64,000 bases of DNA from a virus. Shown here in pieces: positions 17,719 through 27,340 of the stretch. The DNA is taken from IMG/VR virus record IMGVR_UViG_3300025131_009354, positions 11,611-75,610 of that record; one strand, written 5' to 3'. How positions within the stretch are numbered: the first letter of the stretch is position 1; every line of letters starts with the position of its first letter. Both the position numbers and the translations under genes were made by a program. The notes under the pieces are model-generated. The model was given only the letters and a program-made list of their open reading frames with translations, was not told where the DNA came from and searched no databases.

Positions 17719-18109
17719 AGGAATGACCCTTCTTATAGTTTTAGTTACATCTACACTTATTAGCTTGAGTGTAACGTTATTAATTTCTTCCGTCAACACT
17801 GAAGTGATGATCGCAGGGAACAATCTCCGCATTGCCCATGCAAAAATTTCGGCGGCGAGTGGCTTGAACCACTTTGCCGCCCTTAATTTAACTTACGACA
17901 CACTTAGAGAGCGCGCTGGCGACGTGCAAACTCTTCAAATTATTCCCGAGACCCAACTTGGGCAGCGCACCTCTTATGAAGTAAATGTGCATTTTTCTCC
18001 CTCTCTAAGTGACGGGCGATATTTTGTTGAGAGCATCGGATATTACAAAAAATCTGGGCGAGTTATTTCCGTGCATCCAATAAAAGCGCTTTTTCAAGGC
18101 GAGCAATAA
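17708..18109 (+). CDS. type IV pilus PilX-like minor pilin
   Basis: prepilin-like leader MNRRG|MTLLIVL followed by ...IAGN...A..SAASGL and YFVESIG (PilX N-terminal pattern). Confidence 0.65.
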   Translation: MNRRGMTLLIVLVTSTLISLSVTLLISSVNTEVMIAGNNLRIAHAKISAASGLNHFAALNLTYDTLRERAGDVQTLQIIPETQLGQRTSYEVNVHFSPSLSDGRYFVESIGYYKKSGRVISVHPIKALFQGEQ

Positions 18110-18162
18110 AAAAACAAAACTATTTATTAAGCCGTAAGCCTATACAAAAGGGACACTTTCAC

Positions 18163-18906
18163 ATGAAGCTTGATCTTAACTTCCTTAAAAATATGATATT
18201 GGAAGAACGACAAAGCCGCAAAAAGCAGTATCTACGAGAAGGGGTTTTTGGAGATTACTCTAAAGGGCGCTCCGATCGCGGCATGACTCCTGCTGATATT
18301 GATGCTCGAATTGCAGCAGTCCAATCCAAGCTAGGAATAGAAACCGGCAACGTAGGAAAACCACAAGATGTTAAAACTTTTGGGGGATCCGGCACCGCAC
18401 CTATTCCAGGTGAAGCAACCACTACCATGGCTCCTGCTGCTGGTAACGCCGCACGGGACGCAACAAAAGACCTAATTAATAAATTTACTACCGCAGAGAA
18501 AAAAGAAGCCGCGGCGGATAGTATAATAATTCTTATTGCGACGCCTCCTTTTGGAAATGTCAAAGCCGGGGAAAAGATAGAAAATATAATTTTAAAAGAT
18601 TTCGAAAACTTTGGATCAATTCTTACGGGGCCAGGAGGATTTGGTGCCGAGGGCGTCAAGGCACTTGGACACAACTACGCGCTAACAAACGTAATAAATA
18701 CAATTTTCCCAGCAGGCTTTGGAACTACTCTCAACGATGAACAAGAGGAATCTTATACAATGCTCTTAGACATTGTCCGAGAACTGCTCGGACAGGACAA
18801 AGTGCAGGAGTTAGAAGATGAGATGGGGGTTAAGCCATTGGCTGCATTGCCTCCAGAATCTGCCGGCACTTCGCCCACGGACACAATGATAGGAGCATAT
18901 GACTAA
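18163..18906 (+). CDS. putative virion-internal protein with MKL..LK..I.EE leader
   Basis: MKLDLNFLKNMILEE...YLRE; preceded by ACTATTTAT (18119-27). Confidence 0.55.
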   Translation: MKLDLNFLKNMILEERQSRKKQYLREGVFGDYSKGRSDRGMTPADIDARIAAVQSKLGIETGNVGKPQDVKTFGGSGTAPIPGEATTTMAPAAGNAARDATKDLINKFTTAEKKEAAADSIIILIATPPFGNVKAGEKIENIILKDFENFGSILTGPGGFGAEGVKALGHNYALTNVINTIFPAGFGTTLNDEQEESYTMLLDIVRELLGQDKVQELEDEMGVKPLAALPPESAGTSPTDTMIGAYD

Positions 18907-19055
18907 TGATTACTAAAACTCCTATTTGGAATATCGTCCGGCAAGAACTAAGAGAAGCCGCTAGATCAACGAAAATTGTAAACCTTATAATAGAAAGAAT
19001 CAAGGAGACACCGCAAGATGAAGCTGACAATGAGCCAACTAAAAAAGATCGTTAG
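18906..19055 (+). CDS. small leader-motif protein (49 aa)
   Basis: hand translation MITKTPIWNIVRQELRE... Confidence 0.4.
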   Translation: MITKTPIWNIVRQELREAARSTKIVNLIIERIKETPQDEADNEPTKKDR

Positions 19056-19218
19056 CGAAGTCTTGGCAGAAGCTGCGCCTGACGGCTATATACAAAAGAA
19101 ATATAGGAAATCTTTTAAACGGATGATAGCCAAAGCCGGCAGCGGCGGGAATAAAAATACACCGCCCTTTACTAAAAAAGCAAAGCTCGGCAAATCAGGA
19201 ACTTCAGGGAACCCATAG
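19018..19218 (+). CDS. small basic protein with MKLT..QLKKI..E leader
   Basis: MKLTMSQLKKIVSEVLAE. Confidence 0.55.
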   Translation: MKLTMSQLKKIVSEVLAEAAPDGYIQKKYRKSFKRMIAKAGSGGNKNTPPFTKKAKLGKSGTSGNP

Positions 19219-19988
19219 TGAAAAAATTAATAACAGAGTGGAGAAGGTTTATAAAAGAAGGTGTCGTAATTAACATCCCTGATACCTTTGTTCCCCACTC
19301 CGAACTCAATCAGGATTTCTGGAATCAACCCGGAGAAAAGCTCGATCCGAAGATCCGATTACAACTCCTGAAAATTGCTCAGGACTTCATTGATAACAGT
19401 CAAGGATCTGACGCTCCTTTAAAGGACATCACGTTTACAGGATCACTTGCGAACTTTAATTACTCTCCCTTCTCTGATGTGGATCTTCATGTTCTTTTCG
19501 ATTTTTCTGAGATAAATGACGATGAAGAATTAGTCCGTGAATATTTTCAGGCTGCCAAAGCTGTCTGGAATTTTACCCACGACATTCGCATGAAAGGCTA
19601 TGAGGTTGAGATCTACGGGCAACACTCTAAAGATCCTCACGTAGCTTCTGGACTTTATTCAGTCCTCAACGATGAGTGGATTGTGAAACCTGACCAGAAA
19701 GATCCTCAAATCGACTTTAAAGATATTAAAGTAAAGGCTGATTCTTTGGAAGATCAGATTGATAGAGTTGTAGGACTTTATGACGAAGGCAAATATCAAG
19801 AAGCTATTGACCGTGCAGACAAACTGAAAGAGAAGATTAGAAAACTCCGCAAAACAGGACTCGATAGTGTGGGAGAGTACTCAGTTGAGAATCTCGCATT
19901 CAAAACGCTACGACGAAACGGATATCTCGGCAAATTGTCTGATGCTAAGACAGATGCTTATGATAAACTCATGTCCGTCGAGGACTAA
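19218..19988 (+). CDS. DNA polymerase beta-superfamily nucleotidyltransferase with leader peptide
   Basis: FTGSLANFNY..SDVDLHV (GS...DxD), VEIYGQ; N-terminal MKKLITEWRRFIKE. Confidence 0.78.
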   Translation: MKKLITEWRRFIKEGVVINIPDTFVPHSELNQDFWNQPGEKLDPKIRLQLLKIAQDFIDNSQGSDAPLKDITFTGSLANFNYSPFSDVDLHVLFDFSEINDDEELVREYFQAAKAVWNFTHDIRMKGYEVEIYGQHSKDPHVASGLYSVLNDEWIVKPDQKDPQIDFKDIKVKADSLEDQIDRVVGLYDEGKYQEAIDRADKLKEKIRKLRKTGLDSVGEYSVENLAFKTLRRNGYLGKLSDAKTDAYDKLMSVED

Positions 19989-20012
19989 CTCAAATAAGGA
20001 ACTATTTATAGC

Positions 20013-20324
20013 ATGAAGCTTACACGCGACATTATCAGAAACCTCATCGAAGAAGAGGTTAAACTTCTTTCTGAAGCTGTCTTCGGTGCCCAGTCCAATA
20101 TGACTGGACAAGAGAGAGAAAAAGAAAGCCTGATTGCTCAAGCTCAAGCATATCAACTTGCAATGACACCTGAAGCTTTGGAAAAACAATGGGCCGAGGC
20201 AGAAAAAGCTGGAGTGGCTCCTGAGAGTAAGAATGCGTGGATTAAGGAAAGAAAAAAACACCTTGACGACGCCTGGGCTTCGGTCAATGCAGATGCTACT
20301 CGGCTATCGGGAGGTCAGCCATAA
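20013..20324 (+). CDS. putative virion-internal protein with leader
   Basis: MKLTRDIIRNLIEEEVKLLSE; ACTATTTAT at 20001-09. Confidence 0.55.
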   Translation: MKLTRDIIRNLIEEEVKLLSEAVFGAQSNMTGQEREKESLIAQAQAYQLAMTPEALEKQWAEAEKAGVAPESKNAWIKERKKHLDDAWASVNADATRLSGGQP

Positions 20325-20325
20325 C

Positions 20326-20664
20326 ATGAAAATTACAAAACCACAACTACAACAAGTTATTCAAGAAGAGATTAAGAATGTCATCTCCGAGATGGTTCGT
20401 CTTCGTCCAAAAGATATTGCCGGTAAAGATCTCACTTTCCAAATCCTTCAGCCCATTACTAACAAAAGAGGCAAGCCTGACTTTGAGCGGGTAACCTATA
20501 AGGGCAAGATCGTAAAGCTTCCGGGTATTACCCGAAGTGAACTGCGCGATCCTCTATCTCCTGAGCAGCCTGTTATTGTAGAATTAGAGTCTGGTGAACA
20601 TCTTCATTTTGTTCCTGGCACAGATGTAAAGCTCACGCTAGCTGACGTCACATACAATTTATAA
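20326..20664 (+). CDS. putative virion-internal protein with leader
   Basis: MKITKPQLQQVIQEEIKNVISE. Confidence 0.55.
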   Translation: MKITKPQLQQVIQEEIKNVISEMVRLRPKDIAGKDLTFQILQPITNKRGKPDFERVTYKGKIVKLPGITRSELRDPLSPEQPVIVELESGEHLHFVPGTDVKLTLADVTYNL

Positions 20665-20713
20665 TCATATATTATTGACTGAATAAAACTATTTATTTTA
20701 GGTCTATAATATT

Positions 20714-21904
20714 ATGAGCACTTTTAAAGAACATAAAACAATTGCTGATAGAGCCGCGAGTGATCGTGCGCGTCATCGCCAAAAGATTGAAAAAGCTATA
20801 AAAGAGAGTATTAAGGACGTTGTAGCTGAAGAAAGTATCATTGGACAAAACGGAAAAAAGAAGATAAGAATACCTGTTAGGGGCATAAAAGAGCACCGGT
20901 TTGTTTATGGAGCTAATGAAAATAATAAGCAAGTCGGCTCAGCGGAAGGAAAAGAAGTCAAACAAGGACAGAGAATTGGACACCGCCGTCGCCGTTTAGC
21001 GAAGGAAGGACAAGGCGACCGTCCTGGAGATAAGCCCGGCGAGGAAATGTATGAGATAGAAATGTCCCTAGAGGAACTAGCTGGATATCTTTTTAGTGAC
21101 CTTAATTTGCCCGAGCTAGAAAAGAAGAACTTCAAATTTACAACTCAAGAAAAGATGAAACGGAAAGGCAAGCGCCCATACGGAATTCGTCCACGCTTGT
21201 CAAAAAAAGAAACCATTAAACAAAAGATTAGAAGAAAGAAGGCCGCAATTAAGGCGGGATCCTATGATCCGGAAAGTGGTGAGCGATTTACGTTTCACGA
21301 GAGTGACCTACGGTATAAACACATAGCACCAGTAATCAAAGAAAACACTGCTGCTGTTGTATTTTTTGTGATGGATGTGTCCGGGTCTATGACTAAATCC
21401 AAGAAGTTTCTTGCTCGGAGTTTCTTTTTTCTTCTCTATCAATTTTTAAACCATAAATATTCATCTATTGACGTAGTGTTTATTTCTCATACTGCCGACG
21501 CCCACGAAGTCAATGAGGAGCAATTTTTTACACAGGTTCCCAATGGCGGAACACTTGTCTCGACTGGGTTGAAAAAAGCAGAAGAGATTATTGAAAAACG
21601 ATATCACCCAAACAATTGGAATCTCTATACTTTTTACTGCGGGGACGGAGATAATTGGGGGATAGATAATAAAGAGGCGCTTGATGCGTTTAAGCGGTTA
21701 AAAGAGATAAATCAGGCAATGTGTTATACTGAAATCGGCTCTGAGCCGACTTACCGAGAACTTTCATTCTTTGGGGGTTCGGGCGAAAGACGGCTTTGGG
21801 ATTGGGTTAAGCTCGCAGAGGATAAGAGCTTCAAGAGAGTTCGCCTCACCGAGAGTAAAGATATTTGGCCAGCGTTTAAAAGATTATTCGGAGGTAAAGA
21901 ATAA
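20714..21904 (+). CDS. yeaH: YeaH/YhbH (DUF444) vWA-like protein
   Basis: DRARHRQKI, LFSDLNLPEL, DLRYK, FVMDVSGSM, GGT, DGDNW motifs. Confidence 0.92.
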   Translation: MSTFKEHKTIADRAASDRARHRQKIEKAIKESIKDVVAEESIIGQNGKKKIRIPVRGIKEHRFVYGANENNKQVGSAEGKEVKQGQRIGHRRRRLAKEGQGDRPGDKPGEEMYEIEMSLEELAGYLFSDLNLPELEKKNFKFTTQEKMKRKGKRPYGIRPRLSKKETIKQKIRRKKAAIKAGSYDPESGERFTFHESDLRYKHIAPVIKENTAAVVFFVMDVSGSMTKSKKFLARSFFFLLYQFLNHKYSSIDVVFISHTADAHEVNEEQFFTQVPNGGTLVSTGLKKAEEIIEKRYHPNNWNLYTFYCGDGDNWGIDNKEALDAFKRLKEINQAMCYTEIGSEPTYRELSFFGGSGERRLWDWVKLAEDKSFKRVRLTESKDIWPAFKRLFGGKE

Positions 21905-23220
21905 TGTCAGACTGGTCGATGGAAGAGCTTCAGGAATGGGATAAAAAGATTTGTAAGATTGGAGAGTCCCTGGGTTTAGACTGGTATCCAATTGAGTATG
22001 AGATATGTGATTATAAAGAGATGATCGGACACATGGCTTACACGGGGTTACCGACTCACTATAGGCATTGGTCTTTCGGAAAATCCTTTGATCGTATTCA
22101 GACAGAATATAATTTGGGGATGTCTGGTTTACCATATGAGATGATAATAAATTCCAATCCCAGTATATCGTACCTTATGACAGAGAACCCAATGCCGACC
22201 CACCTACTTACAATGGCACATTGTGTAGGCCACAGCGATTTCTTCAAGAATAACCGTATGTTCTCTGAGACCGGCGCTGATACAGTAATTGATCGGTTTA
22301 AAACCTCCGGTAAACGTGTCAAGAAATATATGGAAGATCCAAATATTGGAATTGATAAGGTTGAGAAGATATTAGATGCTTGTCACGCTATTCGTTTTCA
22401 AGTCCCGCGGACTCCCGGACTAAAACGTCGGAATCATAAAGAACTTAAAGAATATTATAAAAGATTAATATTGAATGATAAGTCTGGCTGGTGGGATCAT
22501 TTTAATTTAGAAAAAATTCCACTAGAGCCAGACTGTAACCTTTTAGCCTTTATAGCAGATAATAATCGATTTCTAGAGGAGTGGGAAAGAGATCTAATTC
22601 GTATTGTTGAACAAGAGTCTAAATATTTTGTCCCGCAAGCTTGTACCAAAATAATGAATGAGGGGTGGGCTTGCATGATGCATGAAAAAATTCTTAATAT
22701 GCTGGATATACCAGATGATTATTTCCTATCATTTGTCCGATTACATAATCAGGTAGTTAGGCCTCACTTGGGCAGGATTAATCCATATCACTTAGGGTTT
22801 AAAATATTCAAATATATTGAAGAAACCCAAGGATTTGATGAATGTCTGAGGATCAGAGAAATACACAACGACGAAACTTTCCTTAAAAACTATCTTAATG
22901 AGGAATTATGCAAAGAGTTGAATTTATTTACTTATTCGTTTAATAGGAGAGAGGGGTACAACCAAATCGCCGATGTTTCTGGGGAAGATAGCTGGCAAAG
23001 AGTCCGCGATAACCTAATTAAAGGTGTGGGATTAAATAGTGTTCCTGTAGTTCTAATAAAAGAATTACGTAAAGATGGAACACTTATTTTACAGCATGAG
23101 CACGATGGGAGAGATCTTGAATTATCCGAAGCAAATAAAGTGTTTGAGCACATTAACAGTTTGTGGGTTGGTGGTATAAGATTCACAACAGTAATAGAAG
23201 AAGATACTTGGGAGTTCTAG
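21904..23220 (+). CDS. spoVR: SpoVR/YcgB family protein
   Basis: GLPTHYRHWSFGK, YEMIINSNP, AHCVGHSDFFKNN, TKIMNEGWA, NPYHLG. Confidence 0.93.
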   Translation: MSDWSMEELQEWDKKICKIGESLGLDWYPIEYEICDYKEMIGHMAYTGLPTHYRHWSFGKSFDRIQTEYNLGMSGLPYEMIINSNPSISYLMTENPMPTHLLTMAHCVGHSDFFKNNRMFSETGADTVIDRFKTSGKRVKKYMEDPNIGIDKVEKILDACHAIRFQVPRTPGLKRRNHKELKEYYKRLILNDKSGWWDHFNLEKIPLEPDCNLLAFIADNNRFLEEWERDLIRIVEQESKYFVPQACTKIMNEGWACMMHEKILNMLDIPDDYFLSFVRLHNQVVRPHLGRINPYHLGFKIFKYIEETQGFDECLRIREIHNDETFLKNYLNEELCKELNLFTYSFNRREGYNQIADVSGEDSWQRVRDNLIKGVGLNSVPVVLIKELRKDGTLILQHEHDGRDLELSEANKVFEHINSLWVGGIRFTTVIEEDTWEF

Positions 23221-23223
23221 TAG

Positions 23224-25167
23224 ATGTCAAAAAATAACAAATCTGATAAGTTTTTGAAACTGGTTGGCAAACACCAGGAGAAGAAAAAAGTAAAACAATT
23301 TCGTGGAAGTTTATCTGAATACATGGAATTGCTTGAAGATGATTCTGGTATAGCCAAGCTTGCACATAAAAGACTGTTTGACTCCATAGTCTCGAATGGC
23401 GTAACTAGAATGGAGAGATCTAATGATCGATGCAACAAATTATTCGGCGGGGAAAAGCTTAGAACATATGATTATTTCCAAGACAAGTTCTTCGGGATGG
23501 AGCGCTCTCTTGCAAAGATAATGAGATTCTTGAGATCAGCATCTTTAAAAGGAGAAGAGAGCCGTCAAGTTCTTTTACTGCTTGGCCCAGTGGGTGCCGG
23601 TAAATCTGCCTTAATGGAGCATATCAAAAGCGCCCTAGAAGAATGTGAGGGAATGTATCATATTGATGGGTGTCCGATCCATGAAGAGCCCCTTCATCTT
23701 ATTCCCCGCTCCTTGAGGGAAGAGTTTCGTAAGCTATATGGAATTCGGATTGAAGGTGATTTGTGCCCAGTCTGCCGGTTCAGGCTTAAAGACGAATTTG
23801 ATAATGATTATATGGCAATGCCTGTTGCTCAATCTTCTTTTTCTGTCCGCGGGAGGCGTGGTGTCGGCGTGGTGCCGCCAATGGATGCCAATAGCCAGGA
23901 CGTAACAATTCTAGTTGGCAGCGAAGATATTTCAAAGCTGGATATGTATTCTGAAGATGATCCACGAGTTCTCTCACTAAATGGGGCTTTCAACGTTGGT
24001 AACCGAGGTATTGTGGAGTTTGTAGAAGTCTTTAAAAACGAAATTGAGTTCTTACATACAATGATCACAGCGACACAAGAGAAATCAGTGCCATCGCCAG
24101 GCAAAGGTCCCATGATTTATTTTGATGGCGTAATTCTAGCTCATTGTAATGAGGCAGAGTGGAACAAGTTCAAGTCAGAGAATACTAATGAAGCTATCCT
24201 TGATAGAATTGTGAGAGTTAATGTACCTTATTGCCTAGAAGTATCTGAGGAAATAAAGATTTATCAAAAGATGCTTAACCTATCTGATTTTGATGGACAT
24301 GTTGCCCCACATACACTGGAGGTTGCTTCTATGTTCGCCGTTCTTAGCCGGTTGCACCCCTCCAACAAGGTTGACCCACTAACGAAAATGAAGCTCTATA
24401 ACGGCAAGGATGTGATTGAAAAAGGTACAGTTAAGAAAATTGATATTAACGACCTCAGAGATGAATCCAGAAATGAGGGAATGACTGGTATTTCTACACG
24501 ATTCATCATGAAGGCTATTGATTCGGCTCTATCGGATAGTGAAGAAGATATGGTAACGCCAATATCTATCCGCGATGCGCTAATCAAGCAGGTCAAAGAT
24601 CAAATTGTAGTAGAGGACGACCGTAATAGATATCTTGACTTTTTGGGAAAAACATTACACGACGAATATCTTAATATCCTAGAAAAAGAAATTACAAAAG
24701 CATTTGTATCAGCATATGAAGAACAAGCAGAAGCTCTGTTTAATAACTATTTGGATCATGCGGAAGCCTACGTTAATATGGCGACAGTAAAGGATTCTAT
24801 TACAAAGGAAGAAATAAACCCAGATGACGGCTTTATGGCTTCTATCGAGGAGCAAATTGGGATTACCGGGACATCCAAAGAGAACTTCCGTGTGGATATT
24901 ACAGCCTTCATGTTCTCTAAGCTTCGACGCGGAGAGAAAGTGGACTGGAAATCTTATGCGCCGCTTAGGGAAGCTATTGAGACTAAGTTAACATCCTCAG
25001 TCAAGCAAATATCTCGCATTGTGACCAAATCTAAAAGCCGAGATAAAAAGCAACAAGGAAAATATAACGAAATGGTGGACACTCTAATAAAAGAATATGG
25101 ATACAACGAGAGTTCAGCACAAGAAGTAATTAAATTCGCAGCTAATAATCTGTGGAGAGACAGCTAA
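23224..25167 (+). CDS. prkA: PrkA/YeaG AAA+ ATPase (annotated Ser protein kinase family)
   Basis: GPVGAGKS Walker A, CPIHEEPLHL, GNRGIVEFVEVFK, EGMTGISTRF, YGYNESSA. Confidence 0.93.
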   Translation: MSKNNKSDKFLKLVGKHQEKKKVKQFRGSLSEYMELLEDDSGIAKLAHKRLFDSIVSNGVTRMERSNDRCNKLFGGEKLRTYDYFQDKFFGMERSLAKIMRFLRSASLKGEESRQVLLLLGPVGAGKSALMEHIKSALEECEGMYHIDGCPIHEEPLHLIPRSLREEFRKLYGIRIEGDLCPVCRFRLKDEFDNDYMAMPVAQSSFSVRGRRGVGVVPPMDANSQDVTILVGSEDISKLDMYSEDDPRVLSLNGAFNVGNRGIVEFVEVFKNEIEFLHTMITATQEKSVPSPGKGPMIYFDGVILAHCNEAEWNKFKSENTNEAILDRIVRVNVPYCLEVSEEIKIYQKMLNLSDFDGHVAPHTLEVASMFAVLSRLHPSNKVDPLTKMKLYNGKDVIEKGTVKKIDINDLRDESRNEGMTGISTRFIMKAIDSALSDSEEDMVTPISIRDALIKQVKDQIVVEDDRNRYLDFLGKTLHDEYLNILEKEITKAFVSAYEEQAEALFNNYLDHAEAYVNMATVKDSITKEEINPDDGFMASIEEQIGITGTSKENFRVDITAFMFSKLRRGEKVDWKSYAPLREAIETKLTSSVKQISRIVTKSKSRDKKQQGKYNEMVDTLIKEYGYNESSAQEVIKFAANNLWRDS

Positions 25168-25181
25168 AGGATTGCCTAAAG

Positions 25182-26168
25182 ATGGGTAACACCCTAGAAA
25201 GACTAGAAAAACTACAGAACTTTATTGGAAACACTCCAACAATTCGGTTTCAGTGCGAAATTAATGGTAAGAACGTTACTGTTTTAGCAAAATATGAAGC
25301 TAATAATTTTACCGGCAGCATTAAAGACCGGATGGCCTACCAAATAATTAAAGCTGCACATGTGTTTGATAAAATCTCCCCCGGAGATATCATTGTTGAG
25401 GCAACAAGTGGGAATACTGGTATTTCTTTTGCTGCAATTGGGGCATATCTCGGACATCCAGTCCAAATTTATATGCCAAACTGGCTTTCTGAAGAAAGAA
25501 AACGTTTATTACGATTTTATGGTGCAGATTTATTTGAAATAAGCGCAAAAGATGGCGGATTTATGGAATGTATTGACCTTGCTGCTAAAAAAAGTAAGAA
25601 AAACGGGTATTTTTGCCCAAAACAGTTTGATAATACTTGGAATATAATGGCTCACCAGAAAACAACGGCTCCGGAGCTTGAAAATACATTAAAATCCAAT
25701 AAATTAGGTAATTTAGATGTATTTATAGCAGGTGTAGGGACGGGTGGGACTATAATGGGGTTTTATCACTATTTTTCTGAACTCTTGCACAATAAGAACG
25801 ATTTCAAGGCATTTCCAATACTGCCGGACAAAAATGAAGACGAAGGACATCGCATCGAAGGCATTGGTGATAGTTTTGTTCCGCGTATCCTAAATTTAAA
25901 GTCCCTGGGACCTGTTCTGAGGGTAAAAGACTCAGATGCAATAAATATAGCGAGACAGATAAACAAGCTAGGGCTCTCCGTAGGAATTTCCTCCGGCGCG
26001 AATCTTTTCGGGGCTATAATCAAAGCATCAGAGCTTCCAGCATCTGGAAATGTCGCGACAGTGCTACCTGACGGAAATAAGAAATATCTAACGACAGATT
26101 TATGCTCTCAGAGCAAAGAACCTCTCTCGGAAGAGATAAAAATCTTAGATTATGAATTAATTTCTTGA
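25182..26168 (+). CDS. cysK: cysteine synthase (PLP-dependent, CysK family)
   Basis: IGNTP, NFTGSIKDR (PLP Lys), EATSGNTG, GVGTGGT, IEGIG, GISSGAN. Confidence 0.9.
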   Translation: MGNTLERLEKLQNFIGNTPTIRFQCEINGKNVTVLAKYEANNFTGSIKDRMAYQIIKAAHVFDKISPGDIIVEATSGNTGISFAAIGAYLGHPVQIYMPNWLSEERKRLLRFYGADLFEISAKDGGFMECIDLAAKKSKKNGYFCPKQFDNTWNIMAHQKTTAPELENTLKSNKLGNLDVFIAGVGTGGTIMGFYHYFSELLHNKNDFKAFPILPDKNEDEGHRIEGIGDSFVPRILNLKSLGPVLRVKDSDAINIARQINKLGLSVGISSGANLFGAIIKASELPASGNVATVLPDGNKKYLTTDLCSQSKEPLSEEIKILDYELIS

Positions 26169-26192
26169 CATAACTCGTTTTTGTGATATTTT
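26164..26192 (+). promoter_or_regulatory. sigma70-type promoter
   Basis: TTGACA(26165-70)-N16-TATTTT with TG extension. Confidence 0.6.
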
Positions 26193-26225
26193 AGTAGTAT
26201 AGAAAGATTAAGGGATATAGCCATA

Positions 26226-26576
26226 GTGCAAATAATGAAAGAGGGAGTTGATATATCGATTCCTATGTCCGGCAACGATGACGAATATCCAGAGGAGGCT
26301 CTGCCTGTTGGAACATATGTTCGCCCAATACGCCATGACAAGCTTGGTGTTATAACTGATGCTTTTTATGGGGAGTTGGACGCAAACAATACTAAAATAA
26401 TTGTTTATACAATTTTAATGTTCCCCAAAAACAGCCCCATGGGACACCTTTCAAAAGAGCCAGAGCAATACTATATATCTAACGAATACGAGTACGACAT
26501 TATCGCCTATTTAATGGTCGCACCTGCCGACATGGATAAAATAACTAGAAACCTAAGTGGAGGATTGTTCATATGA
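26226..26576 (+). CDS. SH3/KOW-like family protein
   Basis: LPVGTYVRP...LGVIT...YTIL. Confidence 0.55.
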   Translation: MQIMKEGVDISIPMSGNDDEYPEEALPVGTYVRPIRHDKLGVITDAFYGELDANNTKIIVYTILMFPKNSPMGHLSKEPEQYYISNEYEYDIIAYLMVAPADMDKITRNLSGGLFI

Positions 26577-27340
26577 GGATACAGCCATCAGCACTATTGT
26601 TTGATATGGATGGGACGATTACAGATGCAAGACAACCTATTACACAAGATGTGGCAGATTCTTTGCTGGGGATCCCCCCCGGCGTAAAGAAATATTTAGT
26701 CACAGGGTCGGACATGGCGAAGGTCGAAGAGCAAATCCCAACAGATATTCTACTTGAGGTTTTTGATCGAGTTTATGCGTGCAACGGGACTAGAGTCTAT
26801 AATTGTAATTTAGATATGGATGATGAACACGGCGCTTTAGAGGCAGAGTTGATCCACAAGGTATCCCTAACTGATCATTATTCAGAGGCTGATATTAATC
26901 ATATCCTAAACGTGTTGCTTAAAACGGCCTCAGATACGCACACTAAAATTAAAACCGGTACTTTTGTAGAATGGCGCGACAGTCAGGTCAATTTTTCTGT
27001 AGTGGGGAGAAACTGCACGCCAGAACAAAGAGATGACTATATTCAGTGGGATAAGAAATCCGGCGAACGCAGCAAAATTGTAGAAAAACTAAGGAAGGAG
27101 TTCAAAGGATGGGGGCTCTCTTTCCGACTAGGCGGACAGATCTCGATTGACATAACGAGAGAAGGCTGGGATAAAAGTTATGCCTTTAATAACATGTTAG
27201 AATCCCCAGACCAGTGTGTGTTTTTCGGAGACAAAATCTGTAAAGATGGAAATGACCTTGATATTGCAATGAAGTGCGCCTTTTATCACCACATTGAGAG
27301 TCCTGCCGACCTCATTCTTAACCTACAGGAGTATCAATGA
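26573..27340 (+). CDS. eukaryote-type phosphomannomutase (HAD IIB, PMM family)
   Basis: FDMDGT, VTGSD, GTFVEWR..VNFSVVGRNC, GGQISIDI, GWDK, FFGDK..DGND. Confidence 0.88.
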   Translation: MRIQPSALLFDMDGTITDARQPITQDVADSLLGIPPGVKKYLVTGSDMAKVEEQIPTDILLEVFDRVYACNGTRVYNCNLDMDDEHGALEAELIHKVSLTDHYSEADINHILNVLLKTASDTHTKIKTGTFVEWRDSQVNFSVVGRNCTPEQRDDYIQWDKKSGERSKIVEKLRKEFKGWGLSFRLGGQISIDITREGWDKSYAFNNMLESPDQCVFFGDKICKDGNDLDIAMKCAFYHHIESPADLILNLQEYQ

